37,717 nucleotides of DNA from a virus, in the IMG/VR virus record IMGVR_UViG_3300045988_011290, positions 1 through 37,717 of that record, one strand, 5' to 3'. The notes beneath the pieces are model-generated. The model saw only the letters and a list, made by a program, of their open reading frames with translations. It did no database searches and had not been told where the DNA came from. Made by a program: the position numbers and the translations under genes. This document shows, piece after piece, positions 6,707-12,608 of the stretch (position 1 is its first letter; the number at the start of each line of letters is the position of its first letter).

Positions 6707-6790
6707 GCAATATTATAATACCTCATATGCAGTATAATGTCAATATTAAATTATTGCATTTGTGATATTTTTGTGTTATTATAATATTGC
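6707..6790. promoter_or_regulatory. Genetic-switch region: 14-bp perfect inverted repeat (GCAATATTATAATA / TATTATAATATTGC) bracketing divergent promoters
   Basis: Arms at 6707-6720 and 6777-6790. Leftward promoter is TTGACA (6743-6738), 17 nt spacer, TATTAT (6720-6715). Rightward promoter is TTGCAT (6754-6759), 17 nt spacer, TATTAT (6777-6782). Each arm covers a -10 box. Confidence 0.6.
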
Positions 6791-6808
6791 AGGAGGGAGG
6801 TGTGAAGA

Positions 6809-7210
6809 TTGACAATTAATGAAAGAGTGAAAGAACTGCGTAGCTTTCTAAAAATGAACCAGAGCACATTTGGCGAAAAAATAGGGATCGCGCAAACATA
6901 TTTGTCGCAGATTGAAAAAGGCGATCGGGATGTTACCGATAAAATATCAAAGATCATATGTCTAACGGAATGGAATGGACGAAAGGTCAATGAAGACTGG
7001 TTGCAAAACGGAACAGGAGATATGTTCGTGGAAGTTGCTGAAAAAGACAAAGCTACCGCAATTGTAAAGTCGTTGCTCCGCGGATACAAAGCAGATGACG
7101 AGGTATGCAGATTAATTTTGGATATTGTAGAAATTTACAACGAATTACCAGAAAAAGAAAAGTCTGCACTTAAAGAATTAATCGAGCGAGTGAGAAAACG
7201 CGAAATTTAA
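6809..7210 (+). CDS. XRE-family HTH repressor (133 aa)
   Basis: TTG start 8 nt after GGAGG. The sequence NQSTFGEKIGIAQTYLSQIEKGDRDV is an XRE HTH, and VNEDWLQNGTGDMF is the motif common in Firmicutes phage repressors. Confidence 0.8.
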   Translation: MTINERVKELRSFLKMNQSTFGEKIGIAQTYLSQIEKGDRDVTDKISKIICLTEWNGRKVNEDWLQNGTGDMFVEVAEKDKATAIVKSLLRGYKADDEVCRLILDIVEIYNELPEKEKSALKELIERVRKREI

Positions 7211-7224
7211 TCTAAAAAAGACAA

Positions 7225-7258
7225 GACAAGGGTAACGCGCGAACCCTTGTCTTTTTTT
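7225..7258. terminator. Bidirectional rho-independent terminator
   Basis: GACAAGGGT, loop aacgcgcga, ACCCTTGTC. Followed by T7 on the plus strand and preceded by A6, which gives a T-run on the minus strand. Confidence 0.8.
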
Positions 7259-7261
7259 GAT

Positions 7262-7393
7262 TTAATCATCTGGACACGCGAACGTGTAGATCTCTTTCAA
7301 TCTCTCCACATCGTCCACAGCGTCCACCATTTGATGTATCAGTCTCTTGTACGTTTCTCGCAGTTCCTCATCCGTCCACTTCTTTTTGCTCAT
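7262..7393 (-). CDS. 43-aa acidic protein, unknown function, monocistronic between the two repressor genes
   Basis: ATG 7393 after CAGGAGGTGCTAT. Translation MSKKKWTDEELRETYKRLIHQMVDAVDDVERLKEIYTFACPDD. The terminator lies directly downstream. Confidence 0.45.
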   Translation of the reverse strand: MSKKKWTDEELRETYKRLIHQMVDAVDDVERLKEIYTFACPDD

Positions 7394-7576
7394 ATAGCAC
7401 CTCCTGTAGTAAGTCCCTGCTATTCTATGAGATAATGCGGAACACAAGTTCTGCCTTGAAATCCGTAACACAATCTGCTACCATAAAATAGTAGGGTAAT
7501 TGCTGGGAGGCTATTTAATGCGTGCCACCGCGTGCCTCCCAGTCTGCCTATACTTAAATTATACTGCTTCCGCTTC

Positions 7577-7604
7577 AAATTACCTGACCTTTATCAGGTA
7601 ATTT
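7577..7604. promoter_or_regulatory. 28-bp palindrome AAATTACCTGA-ccttta-TCAGGTAATTT (operator candidate or hairpin)
   Basis: Perfect 11-bp arms, 58 nt upstream of the CI-like gene start. Confidence 0.5.
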
Positions 7605-7661
7605 TGTATTTGTCAGAAAACAATGTAGGCAAGGTGATGACCATCAAAAGAGGTGAGCTTA

Positions 7662-8390
7662 ATGAATATTGTCGAAATGATGGATAACTTTGCGGTAAAT
7701 GTCGAACAAGAGAGAATCCGGCTAGGGTACACACAAACGGACTTTGCACGGAAACTGGGGATATCTCTGTCCACTTACAAAAACATTATCAGTCACAGGG
7801 TGAGCAACATTAATGTTGAGATCATCCCGAAGCTGTACGAGATCACGGGGATGTTTGTATCTGAGTTTTTTGGATGTCAGAACAGGGAGTTGGAACTACT
7901 ACGCTCATACCGACAGTTGAGCGAAAGGCAGAAAGCCTACATTGATGCGCTGATTGAATACGAAATAGCTCTAAAAGGGAGCGTGGATGAAACAGATGAT
8001 TATCTGGAAGTGATCGTACCTACTGGGAATATGGAAGACGGCATGATCTTAGACTCTGCATATACAGAACGTGTTGCGTGCCCTAAATTCATGGCCAAGT
8101 ACGGAACGGAGGTGCGGTGTGGAATACGCATTACATCCAATCACTTACATCCAGTGTATGTCAAGGGTGACGTGCTCGGAATCATCCGTCGACCGCCAAG
8201 AGACGGAGACACGGTCATTATCATCAATTGCGACGCCAGACAGGCTTATTGCCGTGTATATAAGCCAGGAACACCGAACAGGTTCATTCCGGTAAACGGT
8301 TACGGTGAGACATTTGAGATAGATTCTGACAGCAGAGAGGACATGAGTCACTGGGCACTGTTTGGTATCGTGGCATCGGTGATAAGATAG
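7662..8390 (+). CDS. CI/LexA-like repressor: N-terminal XRE HTH plus C-terminal S24-peptidase-like domain
   Basis: YTQTDFARKLGISLSTYKNI is the HTH. The C-terminal ...RITSNHLHPVYVKGDVLGIIRRPPRDGDTVII...CRVYKPG...ALFGIVASVIR has the S24 beta-barrel pattern (GD..., K, G.V..V.R). ATG 7662 follows AAAGAGGTGA; the ORF track starts at GTG 7653. Confidence 0.7.
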   Translation: MNIVEMMDNFAVNVEQERIRLGYTQTDFARKLGISLSTYKNIISHRVSNINVEIIPKLYEITGMFVSEFFGCQNRELELLRSYRQLSERQKAYIDALIEYEIALKGSVDETDDYLEVIVPTGNMEDGMILDSAYTERVACPKFMAKYGTEVRCGIRITSNHLHPVYVKGDVLGIIRRPPRDGDTVIIINCDARQAYCRVYKPGTPNRFIPVNGYGETFEIDSDSREDMSHWALFGIVASVIR

Positions 8391-8420
8391 TAAAACCACA
8401 GGCAAAGCATGAAATTATCA

Positions 8421-8449
8421 TTGATATACATAACAGTTTGTGAGATAAT
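8421..8449 (+). promoter_or_regulatory. Strong sigma-70-like promoter with extended -10
   Basis: TTGATA, 17 nt spacer ending in TGa, GATAAT. It lies 44 nt upstream of the lipoprotein gene. Confidence 0.55.
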
Positions 8450-8492
8450 TTGAGCATCGGTACTTGTACAAAAGTAATAGGAGGAACGAACT

Positions 8493-8957
8493 ATGAAAAA
8501 GAAACTTATTGCACTTTTAATCACTGCGACTATGGCGTTATCGCTTACTGCTTGCGGTGGATCTGGTGACGACAAAAAAGAAGACACCAAAACAGAGGAA
8601 ACCTCAAAAGAGGACATCAAAGAGGAAAGCAAGGAAGACGAAGCAACTTACGAAAGCATCTTAACTGATTACACCGCTAAGCTTCAAGACGCAACACCGG
8701 ATCTTGTGGACGAGTTTAATTCTGAAGCCGCAGAAAAAGCCGGAGATATTAATGCACTCGCTGAATTGAGCAATTCAAAAACCGAAGAACTTGCCAAGAT
8801 CTCCAACGAGGGCGTTGAGAAAATGGCTGAATTAAAGTTAGCAAATGGCGATGATGATCAGACATACAACGACTGGGCGCAGAAGCTCATGGACGTGTAT
8901 GAGGAACAGGCTACGCAGATTACAGACGCTTACACATCTGCTGCAACTGGTCAATAA
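8493..8957 (+). CDS. Secreted acidic lipoprotein (moron; candidate superinfection-exclusion factor)
   Basis: Signal peptide with lipobox MKKKLIALLITATMALSLTAC-GG; RBS AGGAGG. It has its own promoter and terminator and lies between the repressor and the integrase. Confidence 0.8.
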   Translation: MKKKLIALLITATMALSLTACGGSGDDKKEDTKTEETSKEDIKEESKEDEATYESILTDYTAKLQDATPDLVDEFNSEAAEKAGDINALAELSNSKTEELAKISNEGVEKMAELKLANGDDDQTYNDWAQKLMDVYEEQATQITDAYTSAATGQ

Positions 8958-8976
8958 ATATTATCGTACAAAAATA

Positions 8977-9005
8977 AGCAGGAAGCAAAAGCCTCCTGCT
9001 TTTTT
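8977..9005. terminator. Bidirectional terminator between the lipoprotein and integrase genes
   Basis: AGCAGGAAGC-aaaa-GCCTCCTGCT (one mismatch) followed by T5. An A-rich tract on the other side serves the convergent integrase gene. Confidence 0.7.
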
Positions 9006-9006
9006 G

Positions 9007-10128
9007 TTACTTAGCTAAAAGTGTTACTTGCTCAAATTCTGCATTGTCACGCTCTTTCATTTTCTTGGTAACATGAAAGTAGATATCACGTGTAATCCGG
9101 CTGTTGCTATGCCCTACGCGCCTTGATATCGCATCCAGCGATACACCATTCTCTGCCATAAGTGCAACGTGCGTATGTCTCAGTATGTGCGTTGTCGTCT
9201 TGTGGTCACGATCCAGCACATCTGCCGCAATCTCGCGCAGATACTTATTAAATGCATAATATTCTAAAGGTGATCCGTCTGGAGCTGAAAAGAAGTAAGC
9301 GGATCGCACTCCGGTAGTCAGATCACGCTTCTTACGCTCCAGATCAAGCCGCCTGCACAGCTTCAATAATTCATCCTGCATATAAACTTCCCTCTGTCGC
9401 CTTGTCTTTGTCTCTCCAAGAGTCCCGGTCACTGAACTAAGGGAATGACATACCCGAATTGTGCGGTTTCCAAAATCCACGTCTGATGTCTGCAAGCCTA
9501 ACGCCTCACCTGCGCGCATCCCGGTAAGAGCCATAAATTCTGTAACATTCCTCCAATGCTCAACGGTCATAGCATCAAGCAGCTTATCAAGCTGATCTGG
9601 CTCAAGATACTTATACTCAAGCTCTTCCTTAGATTCCTCGTCTGGGTACGGTATGAGCTTATCTAGCCACGATACATCCGCAAGGTAATCATTTCTATAC
9701 GCCCATCGGAGAAACGCTTTTAAACGTACCAGATGCTCGTTGAGCGTGCCGTTCTTTTTGCCAGAAGCACTGAACATTTCACGAACGTATCTGGCTGTCA
9801 GCTTATTTATTCTCACATCTTCGCCAAGTATCTTCATAAGCGTTTTAACAGCATGATAGTTTCTGATGCAGGTCTGCTCCGATACGGTACGTCGCTGATC
9901 CGCAAAGTAATGTTCTGCCACCTCTTTCAGTGTCGGGTCATTCGGATTGGATTCCTTGCCGCCCAACAGATCATCAATCCTTGCATCCAGTAATGCTCTA
10001 GCCTCCCTCTCTTGGATTCTGGAATACTTGCCCGGAAGTGTTACGGAGATTGTATGCTTTTTCCCGGTCATAGGATCTGTGATCCGATCTTTGTAGCGCG
10101 TGCTCCCATTTCTCGATTCTTTCCACAT
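9007..10128 (-). CDS. int: Tyrosine integrase (phage integrase family)
   Basis: Catalytic-region motifs LTGMRAGEAL, HILRHTHVALM, GHSNSRITRDIYFH (R, HxxR, H, Y). N-terminal SAM-like/arm-binding region. Adjacent to a repeat-rich non-coding region. Confidence 0.9.
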   Translation of the reverse strand: MWKESRNGSTRYKDRITDPMTGKKHTISVTLPGKYSRIQEREARALLDARIDDLLGGKESNPNDPTLKEVAEHYFADQRRTVSEQTCIRNYHAVKTLMKILGEDVRINKLTARYVREMFSASGKKNGTLNEHLVRLKAFLRWAYRNDYLADVSWLDKLIPYPDEESKEELEYKYLEPDQLDKLLDAMTVEHWRNVTEFMALTGMRAGEALGLQTSDVDFGNRTIRVCHSLSSVTGTLGETKTRRQREVYMQDELLKLCRRLDLERKKRDLTTGVRSAYFFSAPDGSPLEYYAFNKYLREIAADVLDRDHKTTTHILRHTHVALMAENGVSLDAISRRVGHSNSRITRDIYFHVTKKMKERDNAEFEQVTLLAK

Positions 10129-10461
10129 AGTGTGCCACCACCTTTCATGCTTTGATTTTACTTAGATTTTGGGCGTTTGTAAAGACTCAAAACACCGGAA
10201 ACCTGCTCCCAAAATGCTCCCACGCGTAAACCAAAAAAGCCGAAAACCCAGTAAAATCAAGGGTTTCCAGCTCTCAAAAAGTGCGGATAACAGCCTAATA
10301 TTATTGACCGTTCTGCACCGTTTTGTACCGTTTCGGGTACTTATTTACGATTGATACGCCAAAATAAACCGTTTATGCCTTGTTATTTGCTCCCATTTTT
10401 GCTCCCATCACAAAAATAGCGTAAGCAACTGGATAATCTTGGCGTAATCTACCGTCGACGT
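10129..10461. promoter_or_regulatory. Putative attP and integrase control region
   Basis: 333-bp non-coding region next to int. It holds TGCTCCCA x4 (starts 10204, 10215, 10388, 10400) flanking ACCGTT x3 at 10-bp phasing (10307, 10317, 10327) and a fourth copy at 10368. Confidence 0.5.
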
Positions 10462-10704
10462 TCATGCGTCAGCGTGTTTGTCCCGGCATTCTTTCCATTC
10501 CTTTTCGAGGTCTTCCGGTACTCCTCCACCCTCTTCTAGAATCTCTATGAGATGCTTGGCATGAGTGTATTCGTCGCGTGCGATATCCTTAAGCACACCT
10601 CCTGCGCTTCCAGATACTTCGTTTGACATATCCATGTACTTCTGGATGTCGCTGATCTCATCGTGCGCCGAGTCAATAAGTTTGTTTCTAATTTCTTCTG
10701 TCAT
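10462..10704 (-). CDS. 80-aa acidic helical protein with a ferritin-like E..H segment, unknown function
   Basis: RBS AAGGGGG. DIARDEYTHAKHLIEIL resembles a ferritin/rubrerythrin-type metal-ligand helix. This is the last gene before attP. Confidence 0.45.
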   Translation of the reverse strand: MTEEIRNKLIDSAHDEISDIQKYMDMSNEVSGSAGGVLKDIARDEYTHAKHLIEILEEGGGVPEDLEKEWKECRDKHADA

Positions 10705-10707
10705 GAT

Positions 10708-11049
10708 TTAAGCCCCCTTTATATATCTGATTGCCTTTTCTACGTCATCAGCCGTAAATGTCATCGTTCCGAGCATCGGCAACGCTATCTGTAAGTTGCC
10801 GTATCTCTGTACAGACTGCTTGAGATGGTCCGCTATAAGATCGATATCAAACAGTCCGTTGTTGTCAACAGCCCCGATCATCTTAGCCGCTTGGTTGCTC
10901 TGGATCTCCTGCATAAGCGTACCTGTCTTAGCTCCAATCATTCCAACTAATGTACCTATAATCCATTTGCCGGACGTTCCAAGCTTCGGAATCACTTCGT
11001 TGTCTGCATAAGCCATAAGTCCATTAATAACCTGTTCACTCGTATACAT
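10708..11049 (-). CDS. 113-aa protein with one hydrophobic segment, unknown function
   Basis: ATG 11049 lies 6 nt after GGAGG. The ORF-track extension to 11097 runs through a terminator hairpin. Hydrophobic segment GKWIIGTLVGMIGAKTG. Confidence 0.5.
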   Translation of the reverse strand: MYTSEQVINGLMAYADNEVIPKLGTSGKWIIGTLVGMIGAKTGTLMQEIQSNQAAKMIGAVDNNGLFDIDLIADHLKQSVQRYGNLQIALPMLGTMTFTADDVEKAIRYIKGA

Positions 11050-11060
11050 ATTCATCCTCC

Positions 11061-11090
11061 AAAAAGACAAGGGCGCATTATATGCGCCCT
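11061..11090 (-). terminator. Rho-independent terminator (minus strand)
   Basis: Minus-strand RNA AGGGCGCA-uauaa-UGCGCCCU followed by UGUCUUUUU, 28 nt after the stop of the 182-aa gene. Confidence 0.8.
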
Positions 11091-11117
11091 CTGCCATTCT
11101 TTTTTGCTTTCAAGCCA

Positions 11118-11666
11118 TTAACCTGTTGTTGTGGTTGACGCGCTGGGTGTGATTGTCACATTACCCCAACCCGGACAGATCGCACTGTTTGGTACCACAA
11201 GTTTCGTGATCTGGTTACAGCAGTTCTGCAACGATGCGATACTTGCATTGTTTGTTGCAATTGCCGCACTCATCTGTGCATTTGCTACAGACTGGTTCGC
11301 ATTCCAGTCAGCCTGTGCTCTCTGATCGGCGTTGATCCGTGTGATAAGACGCTCGTAGACATCCGCAATCTTAACCTCAGTATTCTGCTCGCTCTTAAGC
11401 AGTGCGATCTCTGCGTCCTTTTCTGCTAACGTCTGCTGCATTTTCATCTCAAATCTTGTGACCGGAGTGTTATCTGAGCACTTATTTACCCCAGCAACAT
11501 CTGCAACCGCCGAAACAATAGAAGCCATGTCTCCGGCTGTTGATGTCTGGCGTGACGCTCCGAGAAGTCCTGCGCCATTAACACCGCCATTCAAGAGACC
11601 CAGTGCTGTTCCTGCGATACCAAGACCGAGACCTGTTCCTGCTACTCCTTTGCTTGCATATTCCAT
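11118..11666 (-). CDS. Glycine-zipper / coiled-coil / Cys-containing protein (182 aa), unknown function
   Basis: N-terminus GVAGTGLGLGIAGTALGLLNGGVNGAGLLG, central coiled coil (EKDAEIALLKSEQNTEVK), C-terminus NCCNQ...ICPGWG...STTTTG. RBS AAAGGGGG. Confidence 0.55.
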   Translation of the reverse strand: MEYASKGVAGTGLGLGIAGTALGLLNGGVNGAGLLGASRQTSTAGDMASIVSAVADVAGVNKCSDNTPVTRFEMKMQQTLAEKDAEIALLKSEQNTEVKIADVYERLITRINADQRAQADWNANQSVANAQMSAAIATNNASIASLQNCCNQITKLVVPNSAICPGWGNVTITPSASTTTTG

Positions 11667-11717
11667 AAATGTGCCCCCTTTCTTTTTTATACTTATATTA
11701 TAGTAAAAAAGAGAGCA

Positions 11718-11993
11718 CTAATGCTTTGACGGATCGCCGACAGAATCATGACGGAATCCGATCAGAGCAAGCCGGATCAATTCATCTACGTGTGTCCGCA
11801 CCATTCGGCGCAAAAGTTTTTCAAACCGTTCTGGCGGTATCATTGTATTGTCATAATGGAAATTTGAATCACCTTTTCGGGTACTGATTGAATCGAATAT
11901 AGTAAGATACTCTTCATTGAGTCCATTCCGAAAGTGTTCAACAAATTCTTTCGGGTATGGAGCGAGATAATAGTCGTTAATAATCTGTTTCAT
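11718..11993 (-). CDS. Hypothetical 91-aa protein downstream of the holin
   Basis: ATG 11993 after GGTGGCACGC; the ORF track starts at GTG 12002. No recognisable motif. Confidence 0.5.
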   Translation of the reverse strand: MKQIINDYYLAPYPKEFVEHFRNGLNEEYLTIFDSISTRKGDSNFHYDNTMIPPERFEKLLRRMVRTHVDELIRLALIGFRHDSVGDPSKH

Positions 11994-12020
11994 GCGTGCC
12001 ACCGCGTTCCTTTCTTTTTA

Positions 12021-12284
12021 TTATTTACACTGCTGTTTGTACAACTGATTTACTCCGGTTGCCGCAAGTCCGCTCGCCATTCCTACCGCAATCGCATTGA
12101 TAATGTCTCCTGCCGGGAAGTCGGGCATTGTGTAGAGTCCTGCAATGCCAAGCGCTCCACCGCACGTAGCCATGATAACCGGAATCCATTTGTCCGGGAT
12201 TTTCTCGTAAGCTTTGCATCCGAGACCGATCACGTAGCAGATTGCTACAATTCCTACTACTGTTCCTAATGTTGTGATATCCAT
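12021..12284 (-). CDS. Holin (multi-TM small membrane protein)
   Basis: 87 aa with hydrophobic segments TVVGIVAICYVIGLG, WIPVIMATCGGALGIAGL and INAIAVGMASGLAATGV, and a charged C-terminus. It lies directly after the tail genes. Confidence 0.75.
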   Translation of the reverse strand: MDITTLGTVVGIVAICYVIGLGCKAYEKIPDKWIPVIMATCGGALGIAGLYTMPDFPAGDIINAIAVGMASGLAATGVNQLYKQQCK

Positions 12285-12287
12285 AAA

Positions 12288-12590
12288 TTATTCCACCTTT
12301 CTTTTTATGTGCAATTCATCAATTTCATGTTTCATTTTTGTGACCATACCATTTCCACCGAGCTCGTGGTATGCGTCATACATTTCGCAAAAGTTTTGGT
12401 ATGCGTACGACGGTATATCACCAATCTTAGTGTATTTACTATGATACTCAATAAGCTGTACTCGTAGTAAAAGCATCGTCCCCTTGCTGTTTGCGTCCCT
12501 GTCTTTTTTTTGTCTTTTTAGCAGCCAGACAATATACCCCAAAAGAATCGGAAGAGCTATGATATATGTCTGCATTAATAAATTCCCCAT
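12288..12590 (-). CDS. N-terminally anchored membrane protein (100 aa), possible holin partner
   Basis: Single TM TYIIALPILLGYIVWLL followed by KRQKKDRD and a soluble domain. Its position between Tal and the holin is typical of lysis accessory genes. Confidence 0.45.
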   Translation of the reverse strand: MGNLLMQTYIIALPILLGYIVWLLKRQKKDRDANSKGTMLLLRVQLIEYHSKYTKIGDIPSYAYQNFCEMYDAYHELGGNGMVTKMKHEIDELHIKRKVE

Positions 12591-12608
12591 TTGTATATAT
12601 AATCCTTT

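Noticed and set aside
6751-7089. 112-aa minus-strand ORF antisense to the XRE repressor gene; similarly 8348..8632 and 8145..8405 antisense to the lipoprotein and CI-like genes
   Set aside because: They have no RBS and hydrophobic low-complexity translations. The plus-strand genes have clear HTH or lipobox signatures.
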